The notes under the pieces were generated by a model. That model saw only the letters and a program-made list of their open reading frames with translations, searched no databases and was not told where the DNA came from. A stretch of 63,502 bases of DNA, filler included, from Welwitschia mirabilis (Eukaryota), in NCBI GenBank assembly GCA_051453625.1. It is 5 parts of one record of this genome, joined end to end, with 100 filler letters (N's around TTAATTAATTAA, not from the genome) between each part and the next. Parts side by side here need not be neighbours in the genome. Positions count along the whole stretch, not along the records: positions 24,335 to 42,661 come from JBOZIK010000001.1; positions 42,762 to 52,312 come from JBOZIK010000001.1; 3 more parts are not named here. One strand, given 5' to 3'. The position numbers were made by a program, and so were the translations under genes. Below are positions 38,001 to 50,520 of this stretch, piece by piece. Numbering within the stretch: position 1 is the first letter of the stretch; the number at the start of each line of letters is the position of its first letter.

Positions 38001-40142
38001 CTAGTAAAGACTAGGATAAAGCCACTTTTACTTTACCTTTTAGGAAATTTAATTTTAGATGAATGTCTTTTAGATTATGTAATGCTCCCAAAAATTTTTA
38101 ATGTGCTGTGATGGGTGTCTCTTTAGACATGTTAGAGAATTCAATAGAAATCTCTATGGATGATTCTTCAACCTTTGGAAAAACCTTTGATTAAATCTTA
38201 AAGAGATTAGAAAAAGTCCTTAATAGATGAATAGAGTATGCTCTACATTTAAGTAGGGAAAAAAGATTATTTTTAGTTGATAATGGAATAGTTTTAGGTC
38301 ATCACATTTCAAAAAGAGAAATTACAATGAACCCTAAAAAGGTTGGTATCATTTAAAACCTAACTCCTCCAATTAATATAAAACAAGTTTAATCCTTCCT
38401 TAGTTATTTGATTTTTATTATTGGATTATTTAAGATTATGCAAAAATTTGTAAACCCCTTTACTAATTACTAGAAAAATAAACTAAATTTGATTAAAACA
38501 AACTTAGACCTAAACTCTTTTATTCTTCTATTATAATAGGACCCATTTGGGAAAAATATTTTGAGTTAATGTATGATACTACTAATTTTGCTATGGGAGG
38601 GGTACTTAGTTAAAAATATGAATATTTTTTCAAGATTATATATTAGCATAGTAAAACATTATTAAAAGATTAAAAAATTACATAACTACTAAGGGAGAGA
38701 TATTAGCCATAATCTTTTACCTTAAAAATCTTAGACATTATCTTTTAAGCTTTCACACAAATATCTACATAGATTATGTAGTGATTAAATACTTAATAAC
38801 TAAGAAATATTTTATTACTAGTTGATTAGATGGATCCTCTTAATACAAGAATTTAATCTCACCATCATAGATAAGGTATAAAAATACAAAAATGTAGTAA
38901 ATCTCTTATCACGTCATTATTCTTCTTTTGATAATCTTTCTATCATTGATTATTTTCTTGATGAATAACTATTTAAAGTATCTTATACTTACCCCTCTTC
39001 ATGATACATTGATATCATTAATTATTTTGTTACTTTAAAAACACCACAACATTAGAGTCACAATCAAAGAAAATCTTTTCTTCACAGGATAGATGACTAC
39101 GAGTAGATAGCATCTCATCTTTATTATAGGTGTAAGAATCAAATTATAAGAAACTATATACCATAATGGGAAAAACCTAATATCCTTCATCTTTACTATG
39201 GTAGTATTTTTTATGGACACTTTAGTAGTAAAAAAAATTCATGAAATTCTTACCTTCAGACTCTATTAGCCTAGTCTTTTTCAAGACTCTTTTGATTCTA
39301 CTAGAAGGTGCAATGCATGTCAATGTTTTGGTAGGCTTTTATGATTATAAGAAATGTTCCTTAAATCTATTATTAAGTGTAAATATTTTGACTGTTATTG
39401 AATCAATTTCATAGGCCTAATTAAACCATCTTCTAAAGATATAAATTAAAATTTTAGTAGCTAAGATTATGTGACTAAATGAGTTGAAGCAATTTATATT
39501 TCTTTAAATGATGCTAAAACTATTTGTAACTTTGTTAGAACTCAAAATTTTCAATTTTTTGGTTTTTCTTGAATAATTATTAGTAATAAATAAACCCATT
39601 TCATCAATGATCCTTTTAAAAAACTTCTTTGATCCATTGGAATAGAACATTGAGTAGCTTATGCTTATCATCCTCAAACCAATGAATAAGCTGAAAATGC
39701 TAATAGCAAAATTAAAAAATGCTTTGGAAACTTATCTCCAAAAAGTTTAAAATCATGAGATTTTAAACTGAATGATGTTATTTAGGCTTATCATACAACT
39801 TGGCGTAATTCACTTGGTTTTTTATTTTTTAAATTTGTATATGATAAGGTCTGTGTTTTACCTGTTAATGTTTGTTATAATTCCTATCATTCTACATATT
39901 AACTCAAACTTATGAATTTAATAGAGAATCTTAAACTCATTTAGCTCAATTAGATCGTTTAGATAAAAAAATAACTCAACCTATTTATCATCAACTTATT
40001 CACCAAGCCTAAAATCAATTCAAACATGATAAAACGTTAATTCATAAGAACTTTGAATCTAGTCAACTAGCCTTGTTATACAATACTAGGATAATCTTAT
40101 ACATAACAAGTTGACCTCAAAATGATTAGGTCCCTACCTTAT
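35056..40142 (+). pseudogene. gag-pol: Athila gag-PR-RT-RNaseH-integrase remnant of A+
   Basis: AYPIFSDENDEDLIQHI; ALINIGTSINIMP; RVCIDFIKLN, FLDGYSG, EISMDDSS; FELMYDTTNFAMGGVL; CNACQ, YHPQTN; KLTSK*LGPY. Confidence 0.92.
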
Positions 40143-42661
40143 TATTGCGGTGTGTATTTGTGCAATGTTTCACACTTTAATTTCAATCCTGTTAATTATA
40201 ATAAGATGTAAAATACAACACGATAGTATAGACATAGTGATACGAATGTCATAATTCNNNNNNNNNNNNNNNNNNNNNNNNNNNNNNNNNNNNNNNNNNN
40301 NNNNNNNNNNNNNNNNNNNNNNNNNNNNNNNNNNNNNNNNNNNNNNNNNNNNNNNNNNNNNNNNNNNNNNNNNNNNNNNNNNNNNNNNNNNNNNNNNNNN
40401 NNNNNNNNNNNNNNNNNNNNNNNNNNNNNNNNNNNNNNNNNNNNNNNNNNNNNNNNNNNNNNNNNNNNNNNNNNNNNNNNNNNNNNNNNNNNNNNNNNNN
40501 NNNNNNNNNNNNNNNNNNNNNNNNNNNNNNNNNNNNNNNNNNNNNNNNNNNNNNNNNNNNNNNNNNNNNNNNNNNNNNNNNNNNNNNNNNNNNNNNNNNN
40601 NNNNNNNNNNNNNNNNNNNNNNNNNNNNNNNNNNNNNNNNNNNNNNNNNNNNNNNNNNNNNNNNNNNNNNNNNNNNNNNNNNNNNNNNNNNNNNNNNNNN
40701 NNNNNNNNNNNNNNNNNNNNNNNNNNNNNNNNNNNNNNNNNNNNNNNNNNNNNNNNNNNNNNNNNNNNNNNNNNNNNNNNNNNNNNNNNNNNNNNNNNNN
40801 NNNNNNNNNNNNNNNNNNNNNNNNNNNNNNNNNNNNNNNNNNNNNNNNNNNNNNNNNNNNNNNNNNNNNNNNNNNNNNNNNNNNNNNNNNNNNNNNNNNN
40901 NNNNNNNNNNNNNNNNNNNNNNNNNNNNNNNNNNNNNNNNNNNNNNNNNNNNNNNNNNNNNNNNNNNNNNNNNNNNNNNNNNNNNNNNNNNNNNNNNNNN
41001 NNNNNNNNNNNCATATGTCCAATTAGGGTTGTTATCCTGACTATCGTCTGGATGACATCGGGGACGATAGTCTTCTACTCATCCTTTGTCAGTGTGATAT
41101 TTGGTTGTTTGTAGAAATAATCATCTGAAAATACAATTTATCCATATCTATAGGAAATCTTCATGAATTATCTAATAAACTACATGTTTTTGTCTTGTGC
41201 TTATAAATTCTCAATTGTCATAGGAATTAGGCATTTATTTGTTAGTTTATCTGTAAAACAACGTAAAATACCCAATCAAATACACTTAAGTTGATGTTGC
41301 AACATAGCCACCCACTTAGCCTTGTCATTTCCTGAAAAAATTAGGCGGTAAATTGTGTTTGCAAGCCAACTTTTCAAACAATAAAAGCTAGGATATGTAA
41401 AAAAAACATCTAACAAAAATGTATCTGTAATGAATCTGAATCTAAATTTCTAAAAATTTTAAAAACTNNNNNNNNNNNNNNNNNNNNNNNNNNNNNNNNN
41501 NNNNNNNNNNNNNNNNNNNNNNNNNNNNNNNNNNNNNNNNNNNNNNNNNNNNNNNNNNNNNNNNNNNNNNNNNNNNNNNNNNNNNNNNNNNNNNNNNNNN
41601 NNNNNNNNNNNNNNNNNNNNNNNNNNNNNNNNNNNNNNNNNNNNNNNNNNNNNNNNNNNNNNNNNNNNNNNNNNNNNNNNNNNNNNNNNNNNNNNNNNNN
41701 NNNNNNNNNNNNNNNNNNNNNNNNNNNNNNNNNNNNNNNNNNNNNNNNNNNNNNNNNNNNNNNNNNNNNNNNNNNNNNNNNNNNNNNNNNNNNNNNNNNN
41801 NNNNNNNNNNNNNNNNNNNNNNNNNNNNNNNNNNNNNNNNNNNNNNNNNNNNNNNNNNNNNNNNNNNNNNNNNNNNNNNNNNNNNNNNNNNNNNNNNNNN
41901 NNNNNNNNNNNNNNNNNNNNNNNNNNNNNNNNNNNNNNNNNNNNNNNNNNNNNNNNNNNNNNNNNNNNAAAGGAAAACATCATAACATTACCTGAGTAAA
42001 GATGTATGACAAAATGTATTAAATCGATAAAGTTCATTCGAAAGGGCAGTAGTTATGATGATATCCAATGTTTCAAGTGTGTAGAACAATGAAGGTTAAA
42101 TCAAAAGATATTTAGGAATGGACTCATCTATTTTTATCTACTAACTCACTAAAATCTTCAAAGGTGAAATGATCAAGTGGAAATATGTTTTATTTCTTTT
42201 GCTATAATGAGGAGAGTGCAACCACTATCAAAGGAGTAAAGACCTATAAAGCATGGCCAACTAACACCCCAATGAAGTTTCCACAGCTACCATATTACAC
42301 TGTCAAAGGCTCCTCTTAGAAATATTTACCCCAGTGTACTTGCGGTAGGACATCGTGCTTTTTCTTTTTTTCTTTATTTTTCTTTTTCCTTTTTTTTGAA
42401 ACAAAAAGAGTAATAATTTCCACAGGATCACATACTTGAGAAGACTAAAGTGTATAAGTAAAGTAAAAGAGAGAAAAGAAGACTCCTTGATAACTTAAGA
42501 TTTAGCCACCATTGAAAAAAAATAACACAATAAACAAGGTATCTTCCTATAAATACAGTCCATAGACATGATAATGTCTTAAAATTGGGTGAATCCTATC
42601 TTACCACTTATAAATGCCCTAGTATATATTAATCATAATACTTTATAAAGTAATACACAAG
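40143..42661 (-). mobile_element. Athila element F: 3' LTR (40143-41304), PPT, 3' UTR
   Basis: TATTGCGG (TG>TA)...GTTGCAACA, PPT complement TAGCCACCCACTTAGC. Interrupts the A+ integrase tail. Confidence 0.85.
42203..42357 (-). ncRNA. Candidate structured RNA element, copy 3
   Basis: Reverse complement aligns with 1595-1749. One of the least decayed copies. Confidence 0.5.
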
Positions 42662-42761
42662 NNNNNNNNNNNNNNNNNNNNNNNNNNNNNNNNNNNNNNN
42701 NNNNNTTAATTAATTAANNNNNNNNNNNNNNNNNNNNNNNNNNNNNNNNNNNNNNNNNNNN

Positions 42762-45700
42762 AGCATAAAAACATTTAAAAGACTTGGTTGAATGTAGTTA
42801 AGCATGGCATAAACCAAGAGAAAATAAAACTCTTGAGCAATCATTAAGAGAAATAAATCACATTAAACATCAAAAGGTTAAACAAAAATAAATCATTTAT
42901 GAATATAAAGATAGTAGTAATAGTGATAGCCCATATGTAAGAAAAATGATGAAAGCAATAAAAGAAGTAAAATTAGAAAAGGCCCACATCACATCTACTC
43001 CTACTTGTGAATCATGTAAAGAAAATAACTTAGTAATTAAATGTTCATTTTCACCAATAGTAAAGGAAGTAGTAAGGGAAGCAACATGCTATGAAAACCA
43101 ATCAGATCCTAATCATTACAAAGGACCTTATCACAATGAGAAGAAAACTTATCATCAAACAAGTCCTTCTTTTAAACCTAAATATAAACCCTCCTTAAAA
43201 CAACCATATAACCTAGGATATGAAGGATATAGTTAACATAAGCAAGATCCAATTAAGAAAGGTATGATAGAGATAAGAAAACATCCATGAACAGACTCAT
43301 AATAGTATTGAACAAACTCAAAAAAATATACAAGATTTGATTAGAGTCATGCAATAGATTATGTTAGTAAACCAAAGATCATAAGGCACATTAGCTTCCA
43401 ATACCTTGGCTAATTCAAATGATGTAAAGAAAAATTAAAATGTGATAACCCAAAGAGGCACTACTACTGCACCTAAAGAACCACCTAAAAATGATGATGT
43501 TGAAGAAAATAAGGATGAAGATGTATAAATCCTTGATGAGACATAATTTCCTTATATTTCTACTTCAATAAACAAGGATGAATCATCAATGAAAGAATAA
43601 AAACATCATATCCCTTGATTATATAGACTCAACTTTAATCCAACATATGATGAATACATCAAAATCATCATAAAGTATGTCAACGTCATACTACCATATT
43701 GGCACATACTTCAAGACAACCCTAAGTATGCCAAAGTATGGAAGGACCTTTGTAGATGGAAGCAAAAACATACATTACTAAGTAGAGTTTTTTCCTGATC
43801 TATGACCAACTTGGTAATGAAAAAATGTCTAAAATTCAAAGATTTAGGGGCAACAATTATTAGTGTAATATTAGAAAGTAACAAAAAGTTTAAGAACACT
43901 CTTATTGTCATAGGTATAACTGTGAACATTATGCCTCTACATATTTGCTTAACTAACAAAAATAATCTTGGAAATGGCTGATTTAACATTGAGAAAGTTT
44001 ATTGGAATTATCAAAGATTTGGTTATCCAAATATAGGAATCCTACTACCCCATTAATGTTATCATTATTGAAATTAATCACAATTACATATATCCCTTTT
44101 TTTTAGGTAGATTATTTTGTACTACTATCCATTGCATTATAGAAATTAGAACTGGAATCATGGAAATTCATGTAGATAGCAAAAATATCCAAGTTTAAGT
44201 CTTCAACATAATAGAAAAAGAAAAAATCCAAATGATGAGCTAAGAAAATATATTAGATTAATAATGTTTATAGATCATCATTTACTTAAATTAAAGGCCT
44301 TCACACATAAACAACTAATTCTTTTTGATGATATGAAGGAATTGTCAACAATCTTAAGTAGTCTTAATTCCATCAACCCTTGTTAACTTGATAGTACTAT
44401 GAAAACCCCAATGGAAGAAAATTTTAATAACAGCACAATCCAAGACATAGTAGAAGTAAAAGTCATGGAAATAACTTTTTATGGGAATGACCATGCAACC
44501 CATCATAGACATAAAGGAGTCAACTTTGAGATAAATTTTAAGGATATTAAAAAGGAATTTAAATACATCTTTATCAACAACCATCCTAAAAGGTAATTAC
44601 TCACTAGTATTCATCTCTAACCTAAAGCTGAGAAAGCCTTAGTATCACTCCTCACATCTAAATCTAAAGCTTTTACATGAAGTCATAAGGAGTTATATCT
44701 AATTCCACTACATATTATTCAATGAATGATATACTTAAAGGATAATTCAAAACCCATAAGGTAACCTTAAAGAAATCTAAATTAAGCAATAAAAGAAGTG
44801 ATTAAAGATTATATCATTAAACATTTAGATGCTGATATCATTTACACTATAAGTAATAGTAAATGGATTAGTCCATTAATAGTTGTACCTAAGAAGGATG
44901 GTAAGTGGAGCGTATGCATAGACTTCTAAATACTTAATGAAGTAACCAAAAAGTTTAACTATCCTCTCCCTTTTCTTGATCAAGTATTGGATAGAATAAA
45001 AGGACATACATTCTACTATTTCCTTGNNNNNNNNNNNNNNNNNNNNNNNNNNNNNNNNNNNNNNNNNNNNNNNNNNNNNNNNNNNNNNNNNNNNNNNNNN
45101 NNNNNNNNNNNNNNNNNNNNNNNNNNNNNNNNNNNNNNNNNNNNNNNNNNNNNNNNNNNNNNNNNNNNNNNNNNNNNNNNNNNNNNNNNNNNNNNNNNNN
45201 NNNNNNNNNNNNNNNNNNNNNNNNNNNNNNNNNNNNNNNNNNNNNNNNNNNNNNNNNNNNNNNNNNNNNNNNNNNNNNNNNNNNNNNNNNNNNNNNNNNN
45301 NNNNNNNNNNNNNNNNNNNNNNNNNNNNNNNNNNNNNNNNNNNNNNNNNNNNNNNNNNNNNNNNNNNNNNNNNNNNNNNNNNNNNNNNNNNNNNNNNNNN
45401 NNNNNNNNNNNNNNNNNNNNNNNNNNNNNNNNNNNNNNNNNNNNNNNNNNNNNNNNNNNNNNNNNNNNNNNNNNNNNNNNNNNNNNNNNNNNNNNNNNNN
45501 NNNNNNNNNNNNNNNNNNNNNNNNNNNNNNNNNNNNNNNNNNNNNNNNNNNNNNNNNNNNNNNNNNNNNNNNNNNNNNNNNNNNNNGAATACAAGGACAT
45601 ACATTCTACTATTTCCTGGATGGTTATAGTGGATATAACTAAGTATATAATTCAAATGAAGATTAACTAAAGACTAATTGTACTTCACCTTTTAATACTT

Positions 45701-47950
45701 CTGCCTTTAGGAAAATGCCTTCTAGTTTATGCAATGCTCCAGGTACCTTTCAACATGATATGATAGGAATTTTAAGTAATCTTATAGAAAACTTTATCAA
45801 CATTTTCATGGATGATTTTATAGTCTTTGGAGATTTATTTAATCAAATTTGAAATCATTTAGCACAAGTCTTAGAATAATGTATTGAGAGTGGACTTCAC
45901 CCTAGTTGGAAAAAGATCCATTTCATGATTAATGAAGGAATAATTTTAGGACATCATATTTCAATGAGAGGTATACAAATGAACCCATTAAAAATTAATT
46001 TCATTAAGAATCTTCCACCTTCTTTTAATGTAAAACAACTTTAATCATTCTTAGGACATTATGGATTTTATCATATATTCATAGAAGGATATGCAAAACT
46101 TTGTACGTTACTCATCAACTTTTGGAGACAAATGTTAAGTATGAATGAAGTAATGAATCCTAACAAGACTTTAAGAATTTTAAATTGCCATTACTAATGA
46201 AAACATAGTGAGTGGACTAGATTGGGATAAGGACTTCGACTAATGTGTAATTCTAGTAATCTTGCTATAGATGGGATGTTAGAAAAAAAACATGAGAGAG
46301 GAATAAAAGTAATTAGATACATTAGTAAAACCCTTTCTAGTGCCCAAATTAATTATACAACTATTAAAAAGAAATGCTAAAAATCATCTTTTGTCTCAAC
46401 AGACTTTGACATTATCTTCTTGGTTTCCATATTTATGCCTATACAAATCATGCTAGCATTAAATATTTAATGATAAAGAAATATCTTAATACATACCTTA
46501 TATAATGGATACTCTTATTACAAGAATTCAACTTGATGATATTAAAAAAAGTAGGAAAACAAAACCTAGTAGCTAATCATCTTTTTAGAATTCCTTTAAA
46601 TACTTCTCCTAATTCTTCTGATCAGCCTATTTATGATGATTTCCCAAATGAAGAAATTTTCATGGTTGAACAATTTTATGAAGTATTATTAAAACAACCT
46701 GCTTCATGATACCCTAATATTGTAAACTATCTTATCACACTTAAAAAACCTCCTCATTGGAACAGAAACCAATGAAAATTTTTCCTCTATAAGATACATG
46801 ACTATGAATGGATTGAACCACATATATATAGATGATGTACAAACCAAATCATGCAGAAATTTATTTTGGAATGGAAGACAAAAGATATACTTCTTCCTAA
46901 CCATGATAGAGTTTGTGGAGGTCATTTTAATAGCTAAAAGACTATCATATAAATCTTACATTTAAGATTTTATTGGCCCTCTATATTTAAAGATGCCTTT
47001 GAGTTTGCTAGGAAGTATGATTCTTATCAATGATCTAAAGATCTTACTCAAACTTAAAATATGCCTCTTACACCTATTTTGAAATGTAAACCTTTTGGTT
47101 ATTGGGGTATAGACTTTGTAGGTCCTCTTAAACCCCCTTCATATAGAAAGAATTATATCTTAGTGGCAGTCTATTATGTAACAAAATGGATTAAAGTCAT
47201 ACCTATAAAAACTTATGATGTAAAACTTGTTTGTCAATCCCTTAGATCAAATATTTTTCAAAGATTTGGATCTCCTAGGATTCTCATTTTTAATTAAGGT
47301 ACTCACTTTATTAATAAGATCCTTATAAAACTCTTACTTTAGTTGGGATTGAACGTAGAATATCTAACTCTTACCATCCCCAATTAAATGGGAAAGCTAA
47401 AAATATTAATTGAGAGATCAAAAAAGTACTCTTAAAACTTTGTTATAAGTCTCGAAAGTCATGGGTACTTCATCATAGTGATATCCGTTGGACTTACTAT
47501 ATGGCTTAGTGTAATTATTTAGGATTCCCTTCTTATGAACTTATCTATGGAAACACATATGTTCTTCTAGTTTATGTGTGCTATAATTCTTATAAAATAG
47601 TCCATTAACTTAACCTTGTTTCTCATGATAACAATATTTAAGTGTACTTAACTCAATTGAATCACCTTAATGAAAAAAGAATATAGACTCTTCATTACCA
47701 ACTTATAGTTAAATCCCAAGCCAAATTTGGACATAATAAAAACCTTATGCATAAGACTTTTACCCTAGCCAATATGTTTTACTTTTCAATGCTAGAGTTG
47801 ATTTAATTCAAAACAAACTAACTTTTATATGGTTAGGTACATATATAATTGAGAAGTTACATTCCAATGGTTTAGTTGAGATTTCTAACCTTAGAACTAA
47901 AGGAATAATAAAGGAAAATAAATAAAATTTAAAGCATTATCAGTTACTTG
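42762..47950 (+). pseudogene. gag-pol: Athila gag-pol remnant of B2
   Basis: KWISPLIVVPKKDGKWSVCIDF, YPLPFLDQVLD, FLDGYSGYN, NIFMDDFIVFG (RT); YTNHASIKYL (RNase H); WGIDFVGP...YILVAVYYVTKW (integrase, ORF 47061..47297). Confidence 0.92.
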
Positions 47951-48266
47951 ATAATTGCTCTTACTTAGTAAACATGATAGAACTAGTTAATTTGAGGTTC
48001 CTCTCCTTGAAGAAGAGGATTTCCTTTTCTTTGTTATTATCTGGATAACTTCTTAACTTGACCTATCTAGGATTCTTTAGACTACTTGATCATCATTAGC
48101 ATAACCAATGCTCTATCACTATGATTCATGATGTTTAAGAAGTAATGAGTTTGACTTTTATCCAAACTCAAGGTATTAAAATGCGTATGAATCCTTAATT
48201 CTCATTAAATATCTCATTGGAGAAGTATATTTACCTATAAAAGAAAAATAAAATTGTGTTTATTTC

Positions 48267-48438
48267 CATGATATCCTACTACAAGTGCACTAGAAGGATA
48301 GTTGGCTATCGATTTAATTCTATTTTGGTAGTGTGATATGGTAGCTATAAGATTCCACCCAACAGATAGTTAGCCATAATTAGGTTTTTACTTGTGGATC
48401 CTTTCTCTTGAGGTAGTGGTTGCACCTCCCTCATCATG
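48267..48438 (+). ncRNA. Candidate structured RNA element, copy 4 (divergent)
   Basis: Conserved blocks CATGATATCCTAC, GTGTGATATGGTAGCT and GTGGTTGCAC..CCCTCATCATG, while the flanks show little clear similarity to those of the other copies. Confidence 0.5.
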
Positions 48439-50520
48439 AAGAATAGTGGCTTTCAATACTAAATATTTCTCTTTAAATAAAACCCCCTTTAAAAAAAAAG
48501 AGGAAAAAAGAAGAGGAATGAAAATAAAATTCACTAAAAACCTTCCATGAATACTTGATGATCATCTCCTTATAATTACTAATTTTTGAATCTATTATAT
48601 TTAAGCACTGTGTCATGCATATGTTTTATATTAATTAGTTTAATAATCATATTGTGTAAGTATTATTAGGCTATCATCTAGAATAAAATAGACCAACCTT
48701 ATTCATGTTATCTATATCCATTTCTTTCATACTTTAATAGTTAATTCAAATTCTTAAAATCAAATTGCATTCTTCTTAAAATTCTTATTGGGTTTAATTC
48801 TTTAGTTAAGTCAAGTTATCCATCATAAACTCTATGCATTTTATCATTTAATTGTCAGCCTTAGAAAATATTGTGAAACATGTTAGGTCTCAATTTATGC
48901 ATTTCATCTTTAAATTTTTGCATGTTCAATTTGTAATTTCTAGTTCTTATGCTTCAAGCATCTTATAAGAAATTGTTACCTTAATTTTCTGCTATACCAA
49001 ATTTTTCTAAAGCCTTTTTGACACCCATGTGTCCACCCCACTTCAAATTCTAAATTTATTTNNNNNNNNNNNNNNNNNNNNNNNNNNNNNNNNNNNNNNN
49101 NNNNNNNNNNNNNNNNNNNNNNNNNNNNNNNNNNNNNNNNNNNNNNNNNNNNNNNNNNNNTCATGATCCTTACCCTTTCCTTAGTTAAAAAACATGAAAG
49201 CACTTAAATTTTGATGACTTAAGCATTAAGAAATTAGCTAAACATTAAATTTTCATGGATTTTTGCATTATTCCCTTTCAATTGCTATTCTTAGCTAATT
49301 GGAAAAATTAATCACTTCCCTAGATTCTTTACAGAGAATTTATCTCAGATCCATAACTTTTTATTAAGTTTAAGCCTAGTTTAATTAAAATTAATAAGGA
49401 TTATGTCTCTTAAATTAGCATTTTAATAATTCTTAAAGATAACTTTAACTTTCATAAAAATTAAGTTTAGGTTTAATATACACTTCATGATTAAGGCCTA
49501 ACTTAAAAATATATACTAGATCAAACTTAGAGAAATATGTCATTTCATATGTCATCCTCATGAGCTATGGGATGATGACTGTAATTGGCCTTGGGATTTT
49601 TGTATGATTGTGCCCTTTGTTATTAACATGATCATATGGCTAATGTAATCCTCATGATATAAAGGATGAAAACACAACAAAATTCCTTTATAACCCTTTT
49701 TTCCCTCATTTTTAAACCTATCCTCATGTCACTTATTTCCTTTGATTTCTCTCAAGTGCCTTAATTATCTTTGACTTTTAGAGCTATAAATTTCATGAAA
49801 TTTAGTCATATTTTATCAAAATGAGATAATTCTTCATCTTTTCCATGGTTTAAATTTCTCAATTTTGTTCATTTCTCTTATTCTAGGCAGTATCTAATGA
49901 TTTCTCTCCATATAAACCTATTTTTTGACTTATCTATGCTTTAAAAACTTACAAAATGAAATTTCATCTATGAGATTAAAAGTTATGAGTATTTTCTTCT
50001 AAAATTTCATGTTTTTCACTTTTTAGGAGTTTTCGCTCATTACACACTCAATTCATGGTAGTTTTATCATGTTAGGTATCAAAATAATCCTTTTTTAGAT
50101 AGTTATGATTTAGTTCTTATGGGAGAGCATTTGGTTACCTAGAACTGAAGTTAAAAATATTTTTTCCTTTTCTCTTAAAATGGCACATACCTATGTTATG
50201 GTTTTCTTCATGTAGTGATGTAGATGCATCCTCTTATCAAATCTACACATTTTCTATAAGAGTAATAGAACAATAAGAGTAAGAGCCTATTCCATAAAAT
50301 TAGGGACATAGTCTTGCTTCTATCATTTACTAGAGGGAGATGCATTTTGGAGATTATATTCAAAGGCTTGAGCCTGACCTAAATCATGCATTAGAGGATC
50401 TAGTATTTGTGGCTAGTTTTTTCATGTTCATGGTTATTATTATGAAGTGGAGATTATTTAATTTTACCAGATATTTAAGCTTATCTCAGCCACTAGGGAG
50501 GACAATTTAAGATATAACCA

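Larger units (their letters stand above)
15773..40142 (+). mobile_element. Athila element A+ (host of the SIRE nest): partial 5' LTR, PBS, gag split by C1, pol
   Basis: LTR remnant 15773-16321, PBS at 16325, gag start ~16807-17048 resuming at 35056. Cut at 40143 by another Athila LTR. Confidence 0.85.
42762..50520 (+). mobile_element. Athila element B2 internal region (gag tail, pol, long 3' region)
   Basis: Gypsy domain order followed by ~2.5 kb of 3' region. Cut by the LTR at 50521. Confidence 0.85.
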
